This document shows, piece after piece, positions 11,857-24,959 of a stretch of DNA of 64,000 bases (positions are counted from its first letter, which is position 1; each line of letters begins with the position of its first letter). The notes under the pieces were generated by a model. It saw only the letters and a program-made list of their open reading frames with translations, was not told the origin of the DNA and made no database searches. Source of the DNA: Raillietiella orientalis (Eukaryota); assembly GCA_036172245.1 (NCBI GenBank), contig JAYWIR010000007.1, forward strand, positions 3,844,001 to 3,908,000, given 5' to 3'. Both the position numbers and the translations under genes were made by a program.

Positions 11857-13802
11857 TCATAATGCCAAGTACCGGCCATGCATCTTCAAAAACTGGAGCA
11901 TTGGATTAATTATGGTACATAAAGTGAGACCAACCACTAATCACCTGAATAATAAGAGAGGAACCTCCTGCAACATATTCTTGGGGGATTTGGCTAAGGG
12001 GGCAGTTATCTACAGACATGATCTGCAAGTTGGTACACAGTGCTAATTCCCAAGGAAGGGTGTGCAGATCTGCATTGTCATTGAGTGACAAATACTCCAA
12101 ATGTTCTAATGTGCCAATTTCTTCAGGTAAATGGGTCAGACGATTTTCTCCCACAGACAAATAAGTCAGATTTGTCAGAAGACCAATGTGCCTAGGCAGG
12201 CTGACTAGCTGATTGGATTGAAGCATTAACTTCTGCAACTCTCGCAATAGTCCAATTTCATTGGGCAAAGATTCCAACTGATTTTCCTCTAGATCCAATA
12301 CTTTCAGACGTCTCAAATTGCCGATAGCTGGGTTGAGCTTCTACAAAAAGAATCCCACACGTGCTTTTTGTGCACTGCTTTCTTACATACCTTCAATAAA
12401 TTGTTAGAGAGAATAAGCTCTTCCAGAGACTGCAATTGTTGCACATCATCAGGAAGCCTAGTGAGCTGATTGGTAGCAAGATTAAGTTCCACTAATTGAG
12501 CCCACGTTCCTACATCTACAACACATCTTTCCCACTTCTAAATTTCTTTTTTACCTAAAGGAAGGACAGTCAGCTGGTTGTCTTTCAAATTGAGATGTGT
12601 CAATCCCTTGGCATGTGAAAAAATTCCATATGGAATGCGGTCTATACGGTTATGCTCCATGTTGATGAGTTGCACATTTGTGAATTGAAAGGGGCCACCA
12701 GTTGGGAAAGCATCAAAAGAGTTGCGTGCTAGGGTCACAGAGGTTAATTTGTGAAGACTAGTCAGCAGGGCTGGGGGTAACTTTGTTACAGAATTTCCTT
12801 CAATATTAAATTCATCCATCTGAGAACATTGACCAAGAGATGGTGGAATTTGTGTTAATCTATTATAGCGCAATCCTAAGCGGCTGAGACTAGTCAGTTG
12901 ACCTATTGTTTCAGGAAGATCAAGCAACTCATTATGTTGCAAATCCAAAGTGGCAAGCCTAACACAGCAGCCAATTTCCAAAGGCAAGTGCTCTAGTTGA
13001 TTATGAGACACATCCAGAGTAATTAAGCGTTGCAATTGACCAATCTCAGCAGGCAGAGAGCGGATACGGTTTTCTCGCAAACTTAGCATGGTTAGATTCT
13101 GGAAACAGATAATTAGCTGCCAGCACATTGCCTGGAAATCACCATCAAATGCTTCAAGTCTTCCTTGACAAGGCGGATGCGATTGAAACGTAAATACAAT
13201 GTAGTCAATGATGTCAGCCGATACACCACTTCCGGAATCTATGCCAACATGGAAAACAATGTGCAACTGCAACTCACTTCTGTTAGCTTATTGTGCCGAA
13301 GATCAAGTACACGTAAATTGTGTAGATTTCCCAAGCTATCTGGCAACGAATTCAAGGCATTTTCATTAAGAGCAAGTGTCTGCAAATTGGTAAGATGACC
13401 AATTTCCGATGGCAGAGTAGTCAACTTGTTGCCATACAAATAAAACTCGACCAAATGTGTTAATTCTTTAACAGAAGGTGGTAGGACTCGAATCTGGGAA
13501 ACATGACATACTGCTTCCTTTCATTAACTTACATTGGCCTTTGTCAAATCCAGTAGCTGAGCTGCTTCTTCCTTGCAACGTTGAAATTCCTTGCTCACAT
13601 CCTAATGTATTCCTCAACATGCTTCTCCCTATTCAATGTTATTTATAGTTACCAAATCTGCTTGGATTGGTTTCAGCGAGCGGCCTGTGGGCTTGTTGAC
13701 ATTACTTTCTGGCAGATTAACAGTAACTATCTTTCTATGACTGTCCACTGCTGTTCCTGAGATTCCTGTTTTATCCTGAAATTGGATTTTGTTACCCAAC
13801 AT
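11857..13802 (-). CDS. SHOC2: Leucine-rich repeat scaffold SHOC2/SOC-2/Sur-8, multi-exon; start uncertain (ATG 13802, or upstream ATG 14123 across an in-frame TGA)
   Basis: [19 protein letters not shown], a long LRR array, [33 protein letters not shown]-terminus [16 protein letters not shown]. Confidence 0.95.
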
Positions 13803-14779
13803 TTCATCAAGTGCATAATCCTCGTTTCACAGTTTCAAATTGCTCAATGATTCAAAACTACATGCCTTTCTGTTGTTCTTTGGAGAACTTGAAGACCATG
13901 AGAAATCTTCTCCAATATCCAGTATCTCAGAATTACCAACACATGGAATGGAACAACCTCCTTCTGAATGCTCAATAATGCCACTTATAGCTCCACTCTG
14001 CAAAGGAAACTTTGTTCGAAACATTTGTTTAGTATCACAGTCTTTTACCTCTCCGCGATAATCTGCTAATCTTTCAGCAACAGCACTGCTTTCACTGCTT
14101 CTGCACTTGAAACTTTTTTTCATTACAACTTCTTTTTGTGTCTTCCCATTGTTTATAGGTACTTTCTCATTGATACCACTTTCAAAATAATGAAAATGAA
14201 AACTTAGATGGGAGATTTTAGGCACTCATTTATAATGCCATTTACTTCATTTACAGATCCGATAATTCATGTTATTCATTACTAGTTCTACTGATTAAAA
14301 ATATAATTATTTTGGCATTCTTATGCATATATGTGTCCAGAAGGGGTGGAATTTCGTTAATTGTTCAACTTTCATCTAGGAATGATGAAATTTTCACCAT
14401 TTTTTCCTGTAATAAACTTCCAAATAACATTCTGGTATTTACTTGATGGCATTTAGTTCAATCTACAAAATTTACTTGTTTCGAATAATTTATCCCGAAA
14501 CAGGCATTTAAAAAGGCCATTTAATTCCCGGCAACCTTAACATCGACGAACATCTTTTAAAGCACTGATTTACACGTCATTAAAAGCCCAAAAATACGTT
14601 TTTAAAACGCATAATCTCCAATGAGTCTGGATTAAAAGCGTTTTAATATATTAATTGGCTTGACGTATGTTTAAATTTTGGCTACATCATGATGATGACA
14701 ATTTTCAAGTGAAATTACAAGCAACACTCCATACAGGACCCCAGCATCCACGCCTTTCTCATGGAACACGCACTCTTAC

Positions 14780-16230
14780 ATGTTAATCAATAACTTCGAG
14801 CATTGGGCATTCTGTTTGGTATAATCTGATCAAACTCACCGCATGCATGTCTTTTTTTCTTAAAAGGAACATGGCAATGGATTCTTTTGCTTAAAATTAA
14901 TACTGACGGAAGAGTTTTTAATGAAAACGGCTTCGAGTGATTCGGGTTCCCGTCATCAGTCACTTCGTTGATACAATTTATGTTCAACAAGAATAAGCAC
15001 AGTTGCAGAGTTTCGTTTGGAGAGTATCATTCATACGTATTATGGAAAACACGGAAAGGCATATTTCCGGTGCGATTATTAAAATCAACGCCGAATTTAA
15101 CTCTCACCTCCCTGAACTCGCACGACACAGAAATCGATTACAAATGCATTTTCACAACTATGTCCAGCTTATTTTCGTGTCGACACCCCACTACTGCTAA
15201 AAACGATACGAACAGGATTTGCTTAGTATACCGTGTTCAGGAAACTAAGAAGCATTGCAGTGTCCAATTCTTATCGTAAAATATTTGGAATACGAAAGTA
15301 AACTTTGGAGCAGTGAATACTTCCCCGATCAGTTCCTCACACATTACGAGAAAACTGAGCATGTAAATTGACACGAAAAATAATTTCGGGCACGACGAAG
15401 GCTGCTGTTTCCTAAAAATGGGGGCGGTGTCAAACGTCAAAAGGAACATGCAAAACACCGTGGTTTTTTTTATAACTGTTTCTTCGTTTGCCTGCCAAAG
15501 GGAAGAAAACAAAGCAAATCGGATCGACCCGTTTCTCACTCTCCTTGTAATGAGAGTGTTCGAACTCTCGAAATTGCACACGGGGGTACCCGAGAATTTC
15601 CAGATCTTCCACTGACTGCTTCCAGGATGCTCCCCAAATCCAGTGGCAGCTACGAGGGTGTTCAAGTAATTTCAAGAGCGAGGGCAAACGCACTTAAGGC
15701 ATGCAGGTGAAAGAAACACCCTTCATTCCATTACTGTCCTTTGCACTATCAATATTTATTTATTAACAGTCCAAGATAAACCACACATCACTACTACGTA
15801 ATAAATTTCTAAACAGAGATTGTATTAAGAAGCCCAACGCTACATCTGGGATGTTTCATGACACTGGGGATCAGAATTTCAGACAGCAAAGCGGTGTTTA
15901 ACCAACTTTTCAATTATTTTTCAAGAAATGTTTTTCGTAGTCAAACTCCGGTGGCTGCCACTGTTGAATGTTTACCAAATGGACCTGTTGTTCGATGAAA
16001 TGTTCTTCGACTCCGTGTTAACAGCGGCTTCAAATCAGACCACGTCCACCACCACATCTGCAACGCCGGAGTCAGAAGAAGTCCTGTTTCCTTGTGTTCG
16101 GCTGAAATGGTTCAATTTCATCTGCCTTTCGCCTGGAATTTAAGAATTTGCTTCCCCTAAAAATGCTCTTCCCAAGTGACGACTTCACGGAGGAAGGTCC
16201 ACAAGTGAACATTATGCTACCAGGGATATT
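14780..16230 (-). mobile_element. Old L1-like ORF2 remnant (RT and post-RT)
   Basis: FDYEKHF (DxEKAF-like), VEDLEILGYP (RT domain 7-like), SLWQANEETVIKKTTVF; many stops and frameshifts. Confidence 0.45.
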
Positions 16231-17899
16231 TTATTTTTGTAAAGTAATGATCTCCTATCAACTTATGAAATACTAATTATATACGTGCAGTCCTTCATAC
16301 GTTGTACTAAAAATTATTAGAATTAATACTAGCAATGATTGGGTAGAAAATTCCTTATCTATTTTTCATATAAGTAAATTTTGTGCATTCATAAATATAG
16401 GGAGATCACTCGTTTCCTTAATGCTATTTCAACTCTGACTCTATAAAAGGTGAAATTTTTTGCTGGGAAAAACAGATAATTAATTTTCCATGTTTTCTTC
16501 GTAAATGAGAGATGTTCGAGACTGGCATCAGCCCATCACTTTTTGAATGAGAAGGAAACAAATATTCATTTCTCTATATTCTTGTATTTGTTCTCCGGCC
16601 TTCTCCTGTTTGCTTCTTTTTATGTGTGCGTTGTAATTCCTCCAAAATGCCCGTGGGAAAGTTCTTCAATGGCAGTTCATTTGTTCGTTAGTCACTATAC
16701 GATTGGCGCCCAGACAGGCATCACTAAGCAAAATGACCAGGAAAAAGAATGATGATCATTCAATGAATTCGAAAATGCCTGATGGGTATTTATGGGGGAT
16801 CAGCGTCCATCGAAAGCTATTGCCTTTTCAAAGACACGATATTACAAATCTTTGCAAGAGAACTCCAAGGACTGCCAACTAATTTGGAAACCGAAAAAGT
16901 AACATAGCAGTAACCAGTAAATGTCCTTGCTACTTGGTAACATTCTTGCATTAGCGTGGGAATGCTACCTTGCATCTTCGATCCTGTCTCCTATTTCATC
17001 TGAGCTTTCAGCAGTTCTATAGGAGACCGAACATGCCGAAATGCAATCCAAGATGGTCTTGCATTTGACCACCGTTAATCTGGTATGTACATATGCCTGC
17101 TACGATGGCATGAGTGCATACCAGCTTAACGAACGGTGTTTAGATACAAACTGCGAAATGAGAGTTGCCATACGTATATACCAACGTACATTTCGCAGTT
17201 TTGCTAACGGAATCTTCCAATTTGCTGAATCTTTAAATGAAATATGCAGATATTTACCGATGCATTCAAAATGAAGGTAGATGACCCCGTCAAACTTTGC
17301 ATGGTGTTTCTGTGGGATGTTTATCTTAGCTGCAGAGAACGCTCAGAAAACAGTTCATATTTTGGAACCTACCTCTCCGACGACTGAAGCAGAGAAACAT
17401 TTCTCCCAGGACAAGAACTTGTCCGAACGACCGATCCATGGAGTCCTTGAGAGCACATGAACGGAGTTCCGCTTCTAATGGGCACGTGCACACTGTTATG
17501 CTTGTAATCCATGTGGACAGCCTTGGCTTCCACTCTTCACAATAGAGATAATAACTGAAAAATTCTCAGACATTTTCCATTTTCACATCCGTACTCGTTT
17601 CTCTCTTCATTCCATTCTGCTTTGCTCTGTCTTTCTACCACCTTGCTGCTGCTTGTTTTGCAAGTCCCCTTTTTATTAATTTTTCAGAATGCTTTCGGTT
17701 TCCTTTCTTTTCTTCATTATTGGTTCCCGAGCCCTCTTCTTCGGTGCTGCAGTCCCATGCGTAAAATAGTGATGTTCTTGCTTGTACTCGCACCTCCCTA
17801 AAGGCCCCCGGTCAAAAATCATTTCGTGAATTAAAAACCAGCGGAAGTCTGGGATGACGGAAGAAGAAAGAAAAACCTCAGAAAGAAAGGAATAAGAAA

Positions 17900-19900
17900 A
17901 GGCAAGTTTGTGGAACGTGAGGTCGCAATGGGAGTTACGCGGATCACTCGCGTCGGAAGCAGAAGTGATCTCATCATTGGAACCGAAAGCGTGCAAACGA
18001 GATGATCAAGCGAGATGGGAGACGCCCCCGTTCAGATGACAAAAAGCTTAAGGAGCAAAAAAAAAAAACTTGCGAGGCGCATCCGCACCGAGCACCTCGA
18101 ATTCGTCCGTTCGGCCTTGGCTCCTTTCGATCTTATTTCAAAAACTTACTCTTAATGAGAGACCCTCGCCGTGTTCCAAAAGTCACAGGAGAAGGAAAAC
18201 TAGGCTCGCAAGCACATGCGTCGCTTGCCTCCGCGTCCTTCTCCTACCATGGCAACCGGTGTGTGGCGACATGACGTTTGCGCAAAATCGGATCGCCAGT
18301 TCGGGTTAGGGGACCTAACCCTGGAGGAAGAAGGAGGGACGGACGAAGGAAGCAGAGGCGTGGAGTCGTTCCCTACACCTTCCCAAGCCCCTGGGGAAAA
18401 AAAGAGATGGGAAGGCCCCTTCTATTGGAGTAGAGATAGGAGAGTGGTCTGCCTCCGGAAGATGCACAGGAAAACAGATGGAGGTAGCAGTGATGGTGAC
18501 CACTGCCACCTCCATCCTTCCTCATCTCCGGGGGACGGGATGGAAGAAGGGAGCGAGCCACCGCAGCCTCTGGGGGGGGGGGGGCACTTCCCGGTGGCGC
18601 CTCCCTCTCCTACCGGAGAAACGTAGGAACAACTTCTCCCAGAAGACCTCCGGATACAATCGGAGGAGGATCGCTCTCCTTTTGCAGACTCCTCCCGTCG
18701 CAAGGAGACGGCGGTTCTCCCAACAGCGACAGCAGCTCCATCTTTCCCCTCCGAAAGGGAGGAGGGGACACTCGGAAGAGAGAGGACTGGAAAAACGCGA
18801 AGTCATATCCCCGGAAGTCTTCCTGTAGGAATGGGACAATCCAGGGGCTCCGTGGGTCTCGAGAGGCTACCTGAAAATGAAGCATGAAAGATATGATGCC
18901 ACCCGTTCTAGAGGCTGACACTAGGCAACAGGAACCAGAGGATGGTCCTGGGAATGGGATGACCGTCAGAGATCGTCCAAAAAATTACTTGGCCAGAATG
19001 AAATGGGATCGCTAGGGCAAGGGTGAGGGTGGGGAAGGATGGCAGAACAGGAAACGTGCAACGGGAGCGTACGACGCACAACACGTAAGAAACGATTTTT
19101 GGCTTCCATCCCTCCCCCCCCTCCCCCACAGCTTCCTCCCCCTCCGGGTGCCCCAATCACCAGCCAGCGGCTAGGCAGAACCAGAACCCGCCGATGAGCC
19201 ACTCAGGAGGCCAGCGAGGCCGACGCAGCTTCCAAATCTGAGTCCAGAGCCGTCGTCAGCTCCGCCGGAGATTCTGTCCCATTGTGTCGCAAGGTCTGGA
19301 CCAATATCGGGGTCAGGGAGTCCTATGGCCTGCCAAAACGGCGGAAGTCGGCCCGCCGACATCCACCCTGTTGGGCAACCTCGAGCTGCGGAGGTCGTCA
19401 CGGAGTGAGAATTCACCCCGCCGGATTGACCGGTGCTGCCGCGACGTCACCCACCCTCAAGGCCTCCGCCGTGATTCACTGCCGGACTTAGTGGCGCGGG
19501 CCACTCGACTTGAGACTCGCCCACAGTGCTTCCCGGAGCTCCTCATGCAGACGGCAAAAATGGCATTTAATGCAGCGTTCGCTGTTCCTGGAGAAGGCCA
19601 CTTCCTTCCCCTCTGGTCACTGCCGATGACGTTGACAGCCATTGCAGCCAATGCCATAGGCGGGCCAAGGCCGAGAAAAAGCCCTATGGAAAGCAAAGGT
19701 CGGGAGGTCACTATCGCTAGAAGGCTTCGCTCGTGACACCGTGAAGGTCAGCGCTAGTGGTCAGAGTGGAGTCTCTGAAACCCCCTTTCCGGGCAGTGGT
19801 TGTTGGAGCTGCTCTTAGTAGCGAGCATAGTCTTTGGTGATGGAGGAGGGTTGCTCTTGTAGCCGGTGGCGGTGCAACGGTCCTGATCCCGCGTCTCTGC
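17900..19900 (+). mobile_element. Degenerate LINE ORF1 plus start of APE endonuclease
   Basis: TCVAC...HDVCAK knuckle remnants at about 18210-18285, a low-complexity linker, then ILSHCV and frameshifted ADITLL near 19270-19385. Confidence 0.4.
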
Positions 19901-20869
19901 TCTTCCCGTCATCATCAATGCGGCTGATGGCTAGCAGATCAATGTGTCTAAAACCGCAAAGACGAGGCGGAAGTCGTCAGTCGCTGCTGAGAATGAGAGT
20001 AACGCAAGCGTCGTCTCTAGGGTTACGCCATCGGTCTGATCCTTCGGGTGAAGTCCCCTGCTGCCTCTGCCTACATCGATCGATCTTTCCGGAGAGTCGC
20101 CGTAGCCTACTCAATCCACCTCATCAAACCTTCCGGTTCTGTAGAGAAGGTGAGCTATCCGGGGCCCTGCCCTTTTGCCACCAATTGACCTCTCGACAAG
20201 GGTGCATCTGGGCAACATAGTGAGCATGCCACCGACCACGTTCCTTCCAAGAGTCTCCTCGAGTGCCTCCGGCATCATTCTGGTCGAACCTCCAACCGAA
20301 AAACCATTGCTATGGCCACCTCCGTAGGTCCACGAGTCCCGCTGCCCTTATGCTGTAGCAGGCAGAGTGATCTTCCGTGGGTCCGTGTTGTGTCTGCAAA
20401 GTTTGACAATCGCCGTTCCTCTCATCGTTCTCCCTCCCTCTTCTCCACCAATATCTGAAGAGAGGGGCAAGCTAAACCATCCCATCTGGAATAATTTACA
20501 GAGCTAGGACGACTGCATGGACGCGCGCGAGACAGAAAACACATTCGCTGGGATTTTCTTGGAAACCCCCCATTCCATCCCTTTTCCGTAGCTTCAGAAT
20601 AAATCCTCACAGCTTTAGAAATTCATCCTCAGTTTCCCCAAAGCCGGAGGTGGGTTCTCCAGTTTCCGGTTCTCGTCAACCTCATTGGACTCTTGCTGCC
20701 TTGGAGAGACGGGGGAATCCGTCCGGTCACCGCCACCCTTCCCTGCGTCATTGACAGTTCCTCAGCTCACACTTTCTCTGACTCTTTCGATACTGAGAAG
20801 GCCCTCTTCTTCCACTACCACTGTTTTTTCTGGAGAACTCCTTCGTCCATGATCACCGTCCCTCCTTGA

Positions 20870-22320
20870 GAACTCCTTCATCCACGCTTGGCTCCCGCCA
20901 GCTGCCGCTACCTTGCCGAGTCTCTGCGAGCGGTTCCGGTACGCGTGCGCCTCTCTTGTGGTCTCGACCGGTCCCAAATCTGGAAGCGTTTGAGGCCACA
21001 CACCCCGGGTCGCTTCCTCTTGACAAGACGTCGCTTTTGCGGCCTTCCTTAGAGCTGCCCCACGCGCTTCTTCCCTGGCAACGGAATTCTACCGCGTCGG
21101 GGAGTGTGGCATTCAGGGATGAATTTCCTAGCCTCCTTCGTCCGGCTTCCTCTTTCCGCAGCCGGCGCTGCAGCCTCTGTTGCCCACACGCAGGTGCGAA
21201 TAGTAGGCTCATCTTCCAGGCATCTCCCGGACGCATTGACGGCATCCTCCACATGTGCGCGGGCGGTTCGGTGCCTCCTTACCCTCAGGGCACACGCTGC
21301 GCGGCTCCCGCGCGGTGGAACTTACTGTGCATCCCACCAAGTGGAGCGTGGGCGGAAAGAACGTCCCTTGCCATGGCGCTGCCCTCCTTGAGGGAGCACA
21401 TCGGCATCAATCTGCCGGCAAAATGGGAGGTCTTCTGTGAGATCACCTGCAGGTGCAGGACGCTAGATGGCTGGACCGCGGGGTCAGCTGACAAATGCTG
21501 CGACCTCAAGCGCCCCTCCGAAAGGACTTTTGCGACAGAGGTGAAATGCTGGGAATTCCCCGTGAAGCTCTCGAGTGGTTCCCAGTGCTCTTGAAGAACC
21601 GCAACCCTTCTCTCCGCCCCTCTCTCAAGTGGTGGCGGCGCTTCTGTTGTCGCACTGGGATCTCCCGTGCAACTCCCGCCGACGTCACTGGACCCGGAGG
21701 GACCTGGCATTCGTCAAACTGCCACAGGTGCGGGTGCGTGAATTCCTCCTGCATCCACTTGTGGGTTGCGTTGCCATGCGACCGTTGCGGGGACGTTTGC
21801 GGGAACTGCGACAATCTTCCGGAGGTATCCATGTGGCAACCCCAAAGACTCACTGAAACCTCTCTTAGCGTGTGACGCATTGCCTCCAGCGGCATCCTTA
21901 GCAGCTCTTTGGTGCCTATGCGGGACTGTGTCGGCCTGGAGCGACGCAAGAGGAGGTGGAAGCGACAGGACGCTATCCACTTTGTCCTAAGTTTTTTGAG
22001 GAAGCTCCAACGAGATGGCCCCGCCTGAGAAACATGCGGTAGGAACTTTCCGGCGTCCTCGATAGGATGGCTCCCGGCAGGATGTGATCCCTTCCCGTGC
22101 TCTTCCCCCTCAAATTCATTTTCTTTCTGCTTCGGTTTCTATTTCTATTTTGTTTCATTTCCTCCCCTCTGCTGTCGAAGACATTTCTGCCGGTCTGGGC
22201 ACAGGATTATCGACAGGTTCCTAATTGTCTGGGGACGCGGTAAGGCAGTTGCCCCACACTACCTTTGCATTGTTTGTTTTATTTTGTGAGAAGGAAACGC
22301 TCCCGGCTAACCGGGGCAAA
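20870..22320 (+). mobile_element. L1/Tx1-like LINE 3' fragment (zinc-finger region plus 3' module)
   Basis: LREHIGINLPAKWEV aligns with LREYLGRSIEAKWEV at 5.35 kb; HWDLPCNSRRRHWTR..NCHRCG; T-rich tract and hairpins at 22110-22320. Confidence 0.8.
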
Positions 22321-23170
22321 CCGCATCTCCTCACGAGGGCGGGCGTCTCAGCCGTGCGCCCCTACTCGGCGACCGAGATCCACAGCATCCGTCTCTGGAC
22401 CACGGTCTGCTCCCGCGAGGGTGGAGGTCGGCCGACTCGTGCGTGTCTGGAGGGGCCGCTAGAAGACCACCGCGGCGGCGGCACCACTTGGCGCGGCTTC
22501 CACCCGCCGTCGCCCTGGCGGCCACGAGCTGCGCTGCGGTCGGTAAGAGCAGCGGCGGTCCGTCCCACTGCCCCGGCACCGAACCCTGGAGGACCCCGAG
22601 TGCTGGCTCCTGGGTACGTGAACTACACCGCCAGAGTCCTGCGCAAGAAGTGTGGGAAGGACGCCGGCGGCACCTACTTCGGGTCAGCTCCGTCGTGAGC
22701 AAGCAGGATGCTGCGCACCCTCAGATCGGTCACGTGCCAGCTGCCCGATTGGACGAAAGGCCTCCCGTGGCCTAACCTTCCCAGACTCCGAAGCACTGCC
22801 GCCTCCATCCTGCTGAGGCGCCTATGAGTGCATCGCCGCCCGCTCTTCCCTGCCTCATACGTCATCAGAGGAAGGGAGACTCCAAACGTCCTGCTGCAGG
22901 AGAGCCATACCCGCAGTCCTAAAAGTGTCGACTCGCCCTGTGACCCGGCGACCGCAGGTCGATGGAAAAGAGAACCACCGCCAATCCAGAAGACGGGGGT
23001 CCGTTCTCGTGCTCAGGAGAGAAGCTGGACACGGCTCCACGCTCCACCAGAAGCGAGGACCGCATCGCCTCACGCAGGCCGTAGAGGATGCGGAGTAGAC
23101 GACACAACAGCCATTGATCCCCTTCCTCCCCGTCTCCATCATTTTTTTGCACTGACCTATTGCCCATCCC
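22320..23170 (+). mobile_element. Internally deleted LINE 5' part (ORF1 remnant and APE motif) in tandem behind the previous copy
   Basis: NVLLQESHT at about 22885-22912 (APE LxQEtH motif); the leader shares ccgcatc(t)cctc with 55937-55946. Confidence 0.5.
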
Positions 23171-24959
23171 CTATTTTGGATGCAGCCTGCAATTTTTCCG
23201 AGCCAAATTAGGACAACCAGCCCCCCTACTGTGTTAATATTTATAAAGAGAGCCCCAGTGTGCCATATTTTCATTCCGGATTGCGTTATCGCGCGGGTTT
23301 CTCAGCAACGCGAGTTGAACGCATCCGCAAAGACACTCTCATTTCGAGTTTTACATAAGCGACCCGGATTTCGGGGTCAATTATGTGAAATAAATGAATG
23401 GAATTTTTGCAATAAAGTAGGGACCGCTATCGGCTGGACCGGAAAGGAGGCGACGAAACCTCGCTGGGGACGGGACTAGGGAGAAAGGGAGTGAGGGGGA
23501 GGGAAAGGGAGAGCCCGTAAGAAAACGTATATTGGAGGCAATCGACCGGACTTGCGATGATGGAACTCGAACCACTCCCATCGCGAGCGTTTTATTTATC
23601 CATCGTGGATGAATTGCCTGGAAACCCTGGACGAGAAAGTCGCGTCAAGGTGTCGCTATGGAAAATAGGTGTGGTAGATCTAGTAACAGCGTTCTTTCAT
23701 GATGCAGATTCGCGAATCGAGCAACAGCAGCAGAAAAAAGGAAAAAGCAGGACTCGCCGGCACTTCCTCGAAGTCAGCTGAAGACAATGCCCGAAGCAAT
23801 GGCGGGAAAGTAACAAGACGTGCATCTCTTCCGGAGGGCGAAGAGTCGGATCGTCGACAGTTGTAACCGGTTATAGGGATGCTATCAGTGTTCGTGTCAG
23901 GTGAGGATGTTATCGGGACCGTCCAGCTGCGCTCTTCTCGCCAGTGGATGCTGGAGTCTCCCGGTCACTGCTGTTGCCATTCTGATGAGCCAGAAGACAG
24001 AAGCGGGTCTTCCCCTTTGCAGGAAGGGCAACTATTCCTGACAGAACGAAACGCTCATCCGGAACGCCTTCGTCGCCACCCCCCTCTGGAATCTGCTTTC
24101 TGCTTCCCTTATCCCCCACTTCCCCTTTACCGGCAAGGCAAGGCGGAGCGAAGGACGGACGGTCTCCTGAGGAAATCACTGTGAAGCCCTGCAAGACCGA
24201 AGGTCTGTCCAAAAGAGCTCGCTGTCCATCGATGGAAATGCCAGGACAGGAGTCCCAACGCTGAAGAAAAGATGAAGCTATGGCTCCACTTCGTAAGTAC
24301 TCCTTTGGAGGCTGGGAACTGGGGAAAGGCTGTCTGGCAACCAGAACACGACGAAGCTGGGATGGCGTATCCTTTGGGAGAGCATGATCAGGTCTCGTGA
24401 AGTGCAACGTGTGGCGAAGAACAGGCGGACGAGCATCTGGATGCGCGTCGTCTGGTTTACCCTACGTTGATCCGGGGAGCCTCGCTGAAGACCGTGAGAT
24501 AGGACGCGAAGAAGATGTGGAGTCTCCTCTTCATGAGAGAGGAATGAAATTCGTGGGCAAACCTATTTTCCACCAGCCACGCCAAGGCGTTGGCCTACAA
24601 CAAAAAATGAACAAACAAGTGGGGAGTGCAATTCCCAGAACAAAGACAAAAAGGAAGTTGAAAGGGAAGGTTCTCCGGCACGCAGGTCGGTTGCTGGGGT
24701 TGTCCGGAGCGGGAGATAGATGCAGGCCCGCGTTGGTGGCCTTGCCGCTGCGGTCTCTGCGCTTGGCGCCAGGCGTCGAATCCCTCCCGGGGAAGGATCT
24801 GTCCCGTGAACGGCAAGTGTGTCATGAGTTTCGAGTCTTTCCCATAGGATGACGCCGGTTGGCCTACAGTTTCGGATGCGGCACCGGCAGCATCATCCTT
24901 TGATTGGCCAGGATTGGAAGTCGACCTCCAAGGCCCTTTCGGAAATCAAGGAGCCTTTC

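Noticed and set aside
14925..14965. CTGATGA-stem-GAA on the minus strand (hammerhead-like)
   Set aside because: Reads GAAT instead of GAAA and has no stem III or NUH cleavage site
16704..16718. TGGCGCCCAGACAGG, similar to a tRNA-Lys primer binding site
   Set aside because: No LTR-terminal CA next to it and no recognisable gag/pol downstream
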